Below, piece by piece: positions 1 to 6,899 of a stretch of DNA of 32,000 nt. A model generated the notes under the pieces. It saw only the letters and a list, made by a program, of their open reading frames with translations. It did no database searches and was not told the DNA's origin. Origin of the DNA: Mycolicibacterium smegmatis (GTDB taxonomy: Bacteria; Actinomycetota; Actinomycetes; Mycobacteriales; Mycobacteriaceae); assembly GCF_001457595.1 (NCBI RefSeq), contig NZ_LN831039.1:3960001-3992000 (forward strand), in the 5' to 3' direction. How positions within the stretch are numbered: position 1 is the stretch's first letter; each line of letters begins with the position of its first letter. The translations under genes and the position numbers were made by a program.

Positions 1-337
1 CCGCCGTGTCGCTCAGCGAGACCAGGGCCTCGAGCAGCACCTCATCCCCTTGCCGGGCAATCACGCGACGGGTCGACAGCATCCCGCCGTCGCGCATGTT
101 CATCACCTGCATCTCCACCGGGTACCGCGCGTCGCCGGCCCGTAGCAGATAGACGTGCAGGCTGTTGGGAACCCGCCCGGCCGCGGTGCGGCTCGCCGCC
201 ATCAGGGCCTGGGCAGATATGTGGCCACCGATGATGTGGTGCGCCTCGTTGTCGATCTGGGTCGCGACGAACATGTCGTGACCACAGTCGGTGATGTCGA
301 GCGTCGCCAGGACGTCAGCTAATTGCGGCAAGGGCAC
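1..337 (-). CDS. Acyl-CoA thioesterase II (TesB-like), 5' part only; the gene continues past the left edge of the window
   Basis: Reverse-strand translation from GTG at 337 gives VPLPQLADVLATLDITDCGHDMFVATQIDNEAHHIIGGHISAQALMAASRTAAGRVPNSLHVYLLRAGDARYPVEMQVMNMRDGGMLSTRRVIARQGDEVLLEALVSLSDTA. By eye this lines up with the E. coli TesB N-terminus (LKNLLTLLNLE..GGQVVGQAL..HSFHSYFLRPGD..LRDGNSFSARRV). It is absent from the ORF track because there is no stop codon inside the window. The start codon is uncertain. Confidence 0.7.
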   Translation of the reverse strand, partial: MPLPQLADVLATLDITDCGHDMFVATQIDNEAHHIIGGHISAQALMAASRTAAGRVPNSLHVYLLRAGDARYPVEMQVMNMRDGGMLSTRRVIARQGDEVLLEALVSLSDTA

Positions 338-699
338 TGCAGCATTATTCGGGTCATGCCCGCGTGGTGCGCGGCGGGGTCTCCGTGCGCTCGATCGTCC
401 AGCAATCGCAGCATGGTCAGGGCCATGCCGTCGCGCACCAGCCGGCGCGGTTCGGTCAGGTCGAAGCCCAGCTTTGCGCCGAGGTGTTCGACCCGGCGCG
501 CGACGCTGCGCGGGGCGTTTCGGCTGTTTCTGCCTGACGAGCAGACCGGTGTGTCGGAGGATCCGGTACCGGTGCACTCGGGAACGGCTGCGGTCATCCC
601 GCGGGGTCGGCGGCATCGGATCGAAGTCGACGAACCCTGCGAGATCCTGGCCTTCACGGCCAGACCGGGAACGCGGTTGGCGAAGCTCGGGGCATGAAT

Positions 700-742
700 G
701 ACGAACGCTCTCCTGCGAGCATGCCGCAGGAGAGCGTTCGTC
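700..742. terminator. Perfect 18-bp stem / 7-nt loop hairpin directly 3' of tRNA-Cys (candidate factor-independent terminator, no clear U-tract)
   Basis: GACGAACGCTCTCCTGCG (700-717) is the exact reverse complement of CGCAGGAGAGCGTTCGTC (725-742). It lies 5 nt beyond the tRNA 3' end on the minus strand. Confidence 0.5.
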
Positions 743-747
743 TGTCG

Positions 748-818
748 AGCGAGTGACGGGACTCGAACCCGTGTAGACGGCTTTGCAGGCCGCTGCCTAG
801 CCACTCAGCCACACCCGC
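748..818 (-). tRNA. tRNA-Cys (anticodon GCA), 71 nt, CCA not encoded
   Basis: The reverse complement folds by hand into a cloverleaf. Acceptor stem GCGGGTG/CACTCGC has one G-U pair. Anticodon stem GCGGC/GCCGT carries loop CTGCAAA (U33, GCA, A37). T arm is ACGGG-TTCGAGT-CCCGT. Variable loop is 4 nt. The short D stem with a 13:22 mismatch is typical of tRNA-Cys. Confidence 0.9.
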
Positions 819-1000
819 AGCATGTCTCACCTTGCCTGTGAACGTTCAAGTGCTCCAGCGTTTGGATCGCCGTGATTGCATCTCGCGCCGGTGACTGGCG
901 CACGCTCGCGGTCGCCGAGCGTTCGCCGAGTGCTGACGAAATGCGGTGTGTCGGGGTGCAGACGCGCACGGTCGCGGTGCAGAGTGACGCTTCGCACTTG

Positions 1001-1032
1001 CTCGCTCACTCAGTCACTCACTCACTTACTCA
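1001..1032. repeat. Imperfect tetranucleotide tract, 8 units of CTCA-like (CTCG CTCA CTCA GTCA CTCA CTCA CTTA CTCA)
   Basis: Read directly from the sequence. On the minus strand it reads (TGAG)n, and its first TGA is the stop codon of the MFS gene. Confidence 0.7.
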
Positions 1033-2415
1033 GCGGACGGCGCGGATCGAGGCGAGGGTGCCTGCGACGGCGAGGACGGCGAAGGCCGCGAACAGCCAGG
1101 TGGCGGACGAGGGGTTGCCGACGTTGACGAGATTGACCACCACACCGGCCAATCCGGCGCCGAAGGCACCGCAGATCAACTGGACCGTGTTGATCGCGGC
1201 GGCGGCAGCGGGGCCCTCGGCGGGATCGTCGACGCTGCTCATCGCCCACGCCGACAGGTGTGGCCAGGCGATGCCGATGCCTGCGCCGGTGACCAGCAGC
1301 GCGAGGGCCCACAGCACCACGAGCCAGACCGGCATGCCGTTGCGCACCAGCACGGCACCCGCCGCCAGGCCCAGCGCCATCACCAGCGGGGCGACGGCGA
1401 CCATGCGCCGGATGACCTTGCGGTTCTGCAGTGAGGCGCTTGCGATCTCGCCGAACGTCCACCCGACCGAGAGCACCGCGCCGAAGAACCCGGCCACCAC
1501 GGGCGTCATGTGCGCCAGCCGCTGACCGAACAACGGCACGTACATGTCGACCATCGTGGCGGCCATCAGCACACCCAGGCTCATGTAGATCCACTTGAGT
1601 GGGCCAGGCCCGAATGTGCTGGGCGGCAGGACCGATGCGCCCGCGCGCCGGTCGACGACGATGAATGCCACCACGAGAGCGACACCGACGAGCAGCAGGG
1701 CGGCCGTGCCGCGCGGATCGTGCGGGATGCCCGCGACACTGACCGCCATGGCCGCGGATCCGAGCAGTACCAGCGACCACACCGGAATCCCCGGCGGCAC
1801 AAGGGTATCGCTCCCCCGCCCGGGCAGTGCGAGGGGAACCAGCACGGCCATCGCCGCGGTGAGGATCACCAGCACGCCGAACGCCCACCGCCACGAACCG
1901 TACTGCGCGAACAGACCGCCGGATGCCGGGCCGACCACGGTGCCGACACCCCACATCGCGGACACCAGCGCAGATGCCTTGGTCCACAACGTGTTCGGCA
2001 ATGCGGTGTTGATGACGGCGTACCCCAGCCCGGCGAGCAGGCCGCCCGCGAAGCCCTGCACGAGCCGTCCCGCGAGCAGCAACTGCATGCTGGGCGCCAG
2101 CGCACACCCGAGGCTGCCCGCGCCGAACACCGTGAGCGCCACCAGATATGCCACGCGCGGGCCGAGGCGCATCAGCACCGAGTGCACGGTGGTCGCGGCG
2201 ACCACAGAAGCGACCAGATACACCGTCGTCACCCACGCGTAGAACCGTTGACCGCCGATGTCGGCCACCGCGCTCGGCAGCAGGCTGATGGTCAGGAACT
2301 CGTTGGTGGCATACAGCAGCACACCGCCGGCGAGAACGGTCGAGGCCCCGAGATACCGCCGGCCGAGAAGCTGCCGCCAAGTCCCTGCGGCCTCGGCCGC
2401 CGCGGTTTCAGTCAC
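1030..2415 (-). CDS. MFS transporter (drug:H+ antiporter-like; positional counterpart of M. tuberculosis Rv1634)
   Basis: The 461-aa ORF is strongly hydrophobic, with many predicted TM segments (e.g. LLYATNEFLTISLLPSAVADIGG, LVQGFAGGLLAGLGYAVINTALP). It lies directly downstream of uvrB, as in M. tuberculosis. The competing ORFs in other frames are R/P/G-rich shadows. Confidence 0.88.
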   Translation of the reverse strand: MTETAAAEAAGTWRQLLGRRYLGASTVLAGGVLLYATNEFLTISLLPSAVADIGGQRFYAWVTTVYLVASVVAATTVHSVLMRLGPRVAYLVALTVFGAGSLGCALAPSMQLLLAGRLVQGFAGGLLAGLGYAVINTALPNTLWTKASALVSAMWGVGTVVGPASGGLFAQYGSWRWAFGVLVILTAAMAVLVPLALPGRGSDTLVPPGIPVWSLVLLGSAAMAVSVAGIPHDPRGTAALLLVGVALVVAFIVVDRRAGASVLPPSTFGPGPLKWIYMSLGVLMAATMVDMYVPLFGQRLAHMTPVVAGFFGAVLSVGWTFGEIASASLQNRKVIRRMVAVAPLVMALGLAAGAVLVRNGMPVWLVVLWALALLVTGAGIGIAWPHLSAWAMSSVDDPAEGPAAAAAINTVQLICGAFGAGLAGVVVNLVNVGNPSSATWLFAAFAVLAVAGTLASIRAVR

Positions 2416-2459
2416 GACGACACGCTAGAAGGTCAACCGCCGTTGAGGTCAAGACCGGG

Positions 2460-4619
2460 TCATCTCAGCCCGGCGGCATCCATCCCGCGCAGTTCCTTCT
2501 TCAGGTCGGCGATCTCGTCTCGGATGCGTGCCGCGAGCTCGAACTGCAGGTCCCGCGCGGCAACCATCATCTGGTCGGTGAGCTCCTTGATGAGGTCGGC
2601 CAACTCGGCGCGTGGCATGTTCGAGGTGTCCTTGCCCTCGACGATGCCCGCGCTGACCGCCCGGCCCGGCTCGCCCTGCGCGCGACGACCACGCGACGAG
2701 TTGCGCCCCGATCCACCGATCTCGACCGACTCAGTGTCGTCGGCCTCGCGGTAGACCTGGTCGAGGATGTCGGCGATCTTCTTGCGCAAAGGCTTCGGGT
2801 CGATGCCGTTGGCCTCGTTGTAGGCGATCTGCTTGGCGCGACGACGCTCGGTCTCGTCGATGGCCTCACGCATCGAGTCGGTGATCTTGTCCGCGTACAT
2901 GTGGACCTCACCGGAGACGTTGCGGGCCGCGCGGCCGATGGTCTGGATCAGGCTGCGCGTGGACCGCAGGAAGCCCTCCTTGTCGGCGTCGAGGATCGAC
3001 ACCAGCGACACCTCGGGCAGGTCGAGGCCCTCGCGCAGCAGGTTGATGCCCACCAGCACGTCGTACTCACCGAGCCGCAGCTGCCGCAGCAGTTCCACGC
3101 GGCGCAGCGTGTCGACCTCGGAGTGCAGGTACCGGACCCGGATGCCCATCTCGAGCAGGTAATCGGTGAGGTCCTCGGCCATCTTCTTGGTCAGCGTCGT
3201 GACCAGCACGCGCTCGTCACGCTCGGTGCGGGTGCGGATCTCGCCGATGAGGTCGTCGATCTGGCCCTTGGTGGGCTTCACGACGACCTTGGGGTCGACC
3301 AGGCCGGTCGGGCGGATGACCTGCTCGACGAACTCGCCGCCGGCCTGACTGATCTCGTACGGCCCCGGTGTCGCCGACAGGTACACCGTCTGCCCGATCC
3401 GCTCGGCGAACTCCTCCCACGTCAGCGGACGGTTGTCGACCGCGGACGGCAGCCGGAAGCCGAAGTCCACCAGGTTGCGCTTGCGCGACATGTCGCCCTC
3501 GTACATACCGCCGATCTGCGGCACCGTCACGTGCGACTCGTCGATGACCAGCAGGAAGTCCTCGGGGAAGTAGTCCAGCAGCGTGGCCGGTGCCGACCCG
3601 GCGGGCCTGCCGTCGATGTGGCGCGAGTAGTTCTCGATGCCCGAGCAGAACCCGACCTGGCGCATCATCTCGACGTCGTAGTTGGTGCGCATGCGCAACC
3701 GCTGCGCCTCCAGCAGCTTGCCCTGGTTCTCCAGCTCGGCCAGACGCTCCTCGAGCTCCTTCTCGATGGACTCGATCGCCGCCGCCATCCGCTCCGGACC
3801 GGCAACGTAGTGCGTGGCCGGGAAGATCCGCAGTGACTCGACCTGACTGACGACGTCGCCGGTGAGCGGGTGCAGGTAGTACAGCGCCTCGATCTCGTCG
3901 CCGAAGAACTCGATGCGCACCGCGAGTTCCTCGTACGACGGGATGATCTCCACGGTGTCGCCGCGCACACGGAACGTGCCACGCGTGAACGCCACGTCGT
4001 TGCGGTTGTACTGCACGTCCACCAGCAGTCTGAGCAGCCCGTCGCGCGGCACCTCCTGACCCACCTGCAACTCGACCGAACGGTCCAGATACGACTGCGG
4101 CGTGCCCAGGCCGTAGATGCACGACACCGACGCGACCACCACGACATCGCGGCGCGACAGCAGACTCGACGTCGCCGAGTGCCGCAATCGCTCGACGTCG
4201 TCGTTGATCGAGCTGTCCTTCTCGATGTAGGTGTCGGTCTGCGCGATGTACGCCTCGGGTTGGTAGTAGTCGTAATACGAGACGAAGTACTCGACGGCGT
4301 TGTGCGGAAGCATCTCCCGCAGCTCGTTGGCCAGCTGCGCGGCCAGCGTCTTGTTGGGCGCCATCACGAGGGTGGGCCGCTGCAACCGCTCGATGAGCCA
4401 CGCGGTGGTGGCCGATTTACCCGTACCGGTGGCGCCGAGCAACACCACGTCACGCTCGCCCGCGCGGATGCGGCGTTCCAGCTCGTCGATGGCCGCGGGC
4501 TGATCACCCGCGGGCGCGTAGGGGCTGACGACCTCGAAGGGTTTGCCGGTGCGGACGATCTCGTCGACGGCCCGGTACTCCGAATGTGCGAGCACAGGAT
4601 GTTCGGTCGCGAAGGCCAT
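2460..4619 (-). CDS. uvrB: Excinuclease ABC subunit B
   Basis: Motifs seen: Walker A GATGTGKS, helicase motifs (DESH), and a C-terminal UVR domain ([20 protein letters not shown]). I prefer the ATG at 4619 ([22 protein letters not shown]..) over the longest ORF start at 4688. A -10 hexamer sits 7 nt upstream of 4619, which suggests a leaderless mRNA. Confidence 0.96.
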   Translation of the reverse strand: MAFATEHPVLAHSEYRAVDEIVRTGKPFEVVSPYAPAGDQPAAIDELERRIRAGERDVVLLGATGTGKSATTAWLIERLQRPTLVMAPNKTLAAQLANELREMLPHNAVEYFVSYYDYYQPEAYIAQTDTYIEKDSSINDDVERLRHSATSSLLSRRDVVVVASVSCIYGLGTPQSYLDRSVELQVGQEVPRDGLLRLLVDVQYNRNDVAFTRGTFRVRGDTVEIIPSYEELAVRIEFFGDEIEALYYLHPLTGDVVSQVESLRIFPATHYVAGPERMAAAIESIEKELEERLAELENQGKLLEAQRLRMRTNYDVEMMRQVGFCSGIENYSRHIDGRPAGSAPATLLDYFPEDFLLVIDESHVTVPQIGGMYEGDMSRKRNLVDFGFRLPSAVDNRPLTWEEFAERIGQTVYLSATPGPYEISQAGGEFVEQVIRPTGLVDPKVVVKPTKGQIDDLIGEIRTRTERDERVLVTTLTKKMAEDLTDYLLEMGIRVRYLHSEVDTLRRVELLRQLRLGEYDVLVGINLLREGLDLPEVSLVSILDADKEGFLRSTRSLIQTIGRAARNVSGEVHMYADKITDSMREAIDETERRRAKQIAYNEANGIDPKPLRKKIADILDQVYREADDTESVEIGGSGRNSSRGRRAQGEPGRAVSAGIVEGKDTSNMPRAELADLIKELTDQMMVAARDLQFELAARIRDEIADLKKELRGMDAAGLR

Positions 4620-4626
4620 GTTCACC

Positions 4627-4649
4627 AGGGTAGAACTGCGCACCGACAA
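4627..4649 (-). promoter_or_regulatory. RecA-NDp (PafBC-type, LexA-independent DNA-damage) promoter motif of uvrB
   Basis: The minus strand reads TTGTCGGTG-cgcagttc-TACCCT-ggtgaac-ATG. This is a full match to the published consensus tTGTCRgtg-N8-TAnnnT. The -10 element ends 7 nt before the ATG at 4619. Confidence 0.6.
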
Positions 4650-4752
4650 GTTCCGATGATGTTCACCCACCGCGTAGGCTGACGCCATTCACGCGCCGAA
4701 ACACGAGACATTCGACCTGGTAGCCCGCACGAACACCGATCCGAAGGGAGTC

Positions 4753-5193
4753 GTGCGGGCCGTCGACGTCTACACCGTCGAGCCGTGGGGCCTCTACATG
4801 GCGCGTCCGACACCGGGACGTGCGCAGTTCCACTACCTGCAGTCCTGGCTGCTGCCCTCGCTCGGGCTGCGCGCGACGATCTTCCACTTCAATCCCGGTC
4901 ACGAGCGTGATCAGGACTTCTACCTCGACGTCGGCCACTACACGCCCGGCGAGACCAGGTGGCATTCCGAGGATCACTACCTCGACCTGGTGGTTCGCAC
5001 CGGCCGAGGCGTCGAGCTGTGCGATGTCGACGAGCTGTTGACGGCCGTTCGGGCGGGCCTGTTGCCGCAGGAGGCCGGCGAGCAGGCCATGCAGACCGCG
5101 GCCGCCGCGATCGACGGTCTGGCCCGCCACGACTACGACCTGGACCGCTGGCTGACGACAAAGGGCATGGCCCTGAGCTGGCGCGCAGCGTAA
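4753..5193 (+). CDS. DUF402-family protein (counterpart of M. tuberculosis Rv1632c)
   Basis: 146-aa ORF with a GTG start preceded by SD GAAGGGAG (4743-4750). The segment FYLDVGHY..EDHYLDLVVRTGRGVELCDVDELLTAVRAGLL resembles the DUF402 core. It is divergent from uvrB, as in M. tuberculosis. Confidence 0.75.
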   Translation: MRAVDVYTVEPWGLYMARPTPGRAQFHYLQSWLLPSLGLRATIFHFNPGHERDQDFYLDVGHYTPGETRWHSEDHYLDLVVRTGRGVELCDVDELLTAVRAGLLPQEAGEQAMQTAAAAIDGLARHDYDLDRWLTTKGMALSWRAA

Positions 5194-5204
5194 GGTCACT
5201 TTTC

Positions 5205-5786
5205 ATGAGCTCGACTAAGTACGCATGGGCGACGTCCGCCGTGCTTGCGGGGCTGCTCATCGGTGCGCAGATCGCCCCCGCCACGGCACTGGCCGATCCC
5301 CCGGTCGAACCCGCTGTCGACCCGGCGGCGCCACCCCAGGTGGAGGGACAGACGGGTCCGCTGCACAACGTCACCTACCGGGCCCGCATCGACGGGGTGT
5401 CGCGCAACGCGACCATCGCCTACAAGATCGACGACAGCAACGTCAACACCGCCGATCCGACGATGCTGCCGGGCCGCACGTTCGAGGCCACCGGTGTCGT
5501 GACCGACCCCCAACTCGCGGGGATGACCGTCCGTATCGACTGGCCGTACTCGGCCAACCTGCACTGCGAGATCCTTGTAGACGACCAGGTGATCGCGCAG
5601 GCCGACACGTTCGTCGCACCCCGGCTCACGCGGCCCAAGAACGATCCCGGCTACGGCAGCCTGCTGTGCGGCGCCAACCTCGCCGACGGCACCGGCAACG
5701 TCATCAACACCGGGCCCGTCGAGCCCGTCGAACCTGTGGCCCCGGCCGAGCCGCCGCCACCTCCCCCGGCCCAGAACGCGGCCTAG
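5205..5786 (+). CDS. Secreted protein of unknown function (Sec signal peptide, Pro-rich N- and C-terminal tails)
   Basis: The internal ATG at 5205 gives MSSTKYAWATSAVLAGLLIGAQIAPATALA/DPP, a classical signal peptide with an AxA cleavage site. The mature part has two Cys residues and ends PVEPVEPVAPAEPPPPPPAQNAA. The upstream 82 codons of the track ORF (4959-5204) are R/G-rich and overlap the DUF402 gene. Confidence 0.72.
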   Translation: MSSTKYAWATSAVLAGLLIGAQIAPATALADPPVEPAVDPAAPPQVEGQTGPLHNVTYRARIDGVSRNATIAYKIDDSNVNTADPTMLPGRTFEATGVVTDPQLAGMTVRIDWPYSANLHCEILVDDQVIAQADTFVAPRLTRPKNDPGYGSLLCGANLADGTGNVINTGPVEPVEPVAPAEPPPPPPAQNAA

Positions 5787-6721
5787 AACACCGACCAGCC
5801 GGCCAACCGCGCGAACTCCTCGATCGCGGCGACGCCACCTGCGGAGTTCCCGTCGTCGTCGAGCGGCGGGCTCCACACGCACACCGTGCCGTGACCGGGC
5901 ATCACGGCCAGCACGCCGCCGCCGATGCCACTCTTGGCGGGCAGCCCGATGCGGTACGCGATGTCGCCGGCCGCGCCGTACATCCCCGAGGTCAACAGCA
6001 CCGCGTTGACCCGGCGCACGCTGTCGTCGTCCAGGACGGTCCGCTCCCCGGTCCGGTCGGCGAGAAACAGTGCCGCGCGTGCGATCGTGCGCACCGACGC
6101 CGCGATCGCGCACTGTGCGAAGTACTGCGGCAGCACCCGGTCGATGTCGTTGACCAGCCTGCCGTGCTCGGCCAGGACGTGCGCGATGGCCGAATTGCGG
6201 TGGTCGGCTTCGCTTTCCGAGAGCGCCACCGCTGGGTCGGAGCGCACGGGAGCGTCCGGGTCACCCGCCTGCAGCACCTCGATCGTCGCGCCGACGGCAT
6301 CGCCGGCATGCGTCATGAGCCGGTCGGTGACGACGAGGGCGCCGGAGTTCACGAACGGATTGCGCGGCCGCCAGTGGTTGCGCTCCAGATCGGCCACCGA
6401 CCCGTACCCCGCGTCGGTGGGCACCCATCCCACGTCGGTCCAGACATCCGGTTCGTGCCGCAGCAGCGCGCACAGCGCGAACAGCTTGGACAGGCTCTGG
6501 ATGGAGAAGGCCGTGGACGCCTCGCCGATGCAGGCCTCGGCGCCGTCGACGGTGGCGACGGCCATCGCGAACCGCGTGGCGGGCACCGCGGCGAGTGCGG
6601 GTATCTGGCGGCTCACCATCCCGCGCAGCGCGGCGCGGCGGCCGCGCAACTCCGCCGCTCGCAGATACTCGTGCATCTGCTCGCCGGCCACCGGCGCAAA
6701 CGGCATACGCGTACCTGGCAA
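5783..6721 (-). CDS. glsA: Glutaminase (GlsA family, serine-dependent beta-lactamase fold)
   Basis: Contains the S-x-x-K motif (FSIQSLSKLFAL), plus NPFVNSGAL and LPAKSGIGGG, which are typical of glutaminase A. I prefer the TTG start at 6721 because SD GAGGAGG lies 5 nt upstream. Alternatives are TTG 6745 (longest ORF) and ATG 6706. Its stop overlaps the stop of the convergent secreted-protein gene (CTAG, 5783-5786). Confidence 0.85.
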   Translation of the reverse strand: MPGTRMPFAPVAGEQMHEYLRAAELRGRRAALRGMVSRQIPALAAVPATRFAMAVATVDGAEACIGEASTAFSIQSLSKLFALCALLRHEPDVWTDVGWVPTDAGYGSVADLERNHWRPRNPFVNSGALVVTDRLMTHAGDAVGATIEVLQAGDPDAPVRSDPAVALSESEADHRNSAIAHVLAEHGRLVNDIDRVLPQYFAQCAIAASVRTIARAALFLADRTGERTVLDDDSVRRVNAVLLTSGMYGAAGDIAYRIGLPAKSGIGGGVLAVMPGHGTVCVWSPPLDDDGNSAGGVAAIEEFARLAGWSVF

Positions 6722-6755
6722 GACAACCTCCTCGGGGAATGTCAAGAGTTTAGGC

Positions 6756-6777
6756 GAAAATATCCAGTCTTTAGACC
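6756..6777 (-). promoter_or_regulatory. Operator-like element copy A1 (GGTCTAAAGACTGGATATTTTC on the minus strand)
   Basis: 15/22 identical to copy C at 17719-17740. The 11-mer TTTAGACCAAA (6770-6780) is the exact reverse complement of TTTGGTCTAAA at 17716-17726. It contains the compact palindrome GTCT-TT-AGAC. Confidence 0.5.
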
Positions 6778-6838
6778 AAACCGCTGCGAGCCGAAAGATG
6801 CTCGTGTAAACGTTGTGTCACGCGTCGACAGTTTAGGT

Positions 6839-6860
6839 TTATGGGTCTTGTCTTTAGACC
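6839..6860 (-). promoter_or_regulatory. Operator-like element copy A2 (GGTCTAAAGACAAGACCCATAA on the minus strand; GGTC-N9-GACC dyad)
   Basis: 17/22 identical to copy C. The exact 11-mer GTCTTTAGACC occurs at both 6767-6777 and 6850-6860. It lies in the AT-rich glsA/permease divergent region. Confidence 0.55.
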
Positions 6861-6899
6861 TTTTCGCTTCTACGCTCTCGACAACCGAATGAAAGGCAG

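Noticed and set aside
839-848. Perfect 10-bp palindrome TGAACGTTCA upstream of tRNA-Cys, overlapping a TTGAAC -35-like hexamer on the minus strand.
   Set aside because: It is short and fits neither the KstR spacing (AAC-NN-GTT) nor the LexA spacing (GAAC-N4-GTTC). No convincing -10 hexamer partners it. It could be chance.
827-1009. 60-aa minus ORF and the 872-1525 / 876-1127 plus ORFs between tRNA-Cys and the MFS gene.
   Set aside because: None has an SD or recognisable motifs, and all are Arg-rich. The plus ORFs run antisense into the MFS gene.
748-1029. tRNA-Cys as a possible integration site of a mobile or genomic island.
   Set aside because: I found no integrase or recombinase gene, no duplicated copy of the tRNA 3' end (att-like direct repeat) in the window, and no compositional shift in the flanking genes.
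4620-4688. 23-codon N-terminal extension of uvrB ([23 protein letters not shown]) in the ORF track.
   Set aside because: The conserved UvrB N-terminus begins at MAFATEHPV. The RecA-NDp -10 hexamer lies inside the extension, 7 nt before ATG 4619.
4620-4752. Search for a mycobacterial LexA SOS box (TCGAAC-N4-GTTCGA) upstream of uvrB and polA and elsewhere in intergenic DNA.
   Set aside because: Only partial half-sites were seen, for example GAACACCGATCC near 4722-4733. No acceptable dyad was found.
5225-6892. Very long alternative-frame ORFs. Examples: 5225-6892 + (555 aa), 23205-25088 + (627 aa), 14252-16231 + (659 aa), 10028-11464 - (478 aa), 14304-15911 - (535 aa), 25835-27211 + (458 aa), 27251-28666 + (471 aa), 1022-2380 - (452 aa).
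   Set aside because: Their translations are dominated by Arg/Pro/Gly/Ala/His runs and contain no recognisable motifs. Each lies fully over a gene with clear family motifs in another frame or strand. Shadow ORFs of this kind are expected in high-GC DNA.
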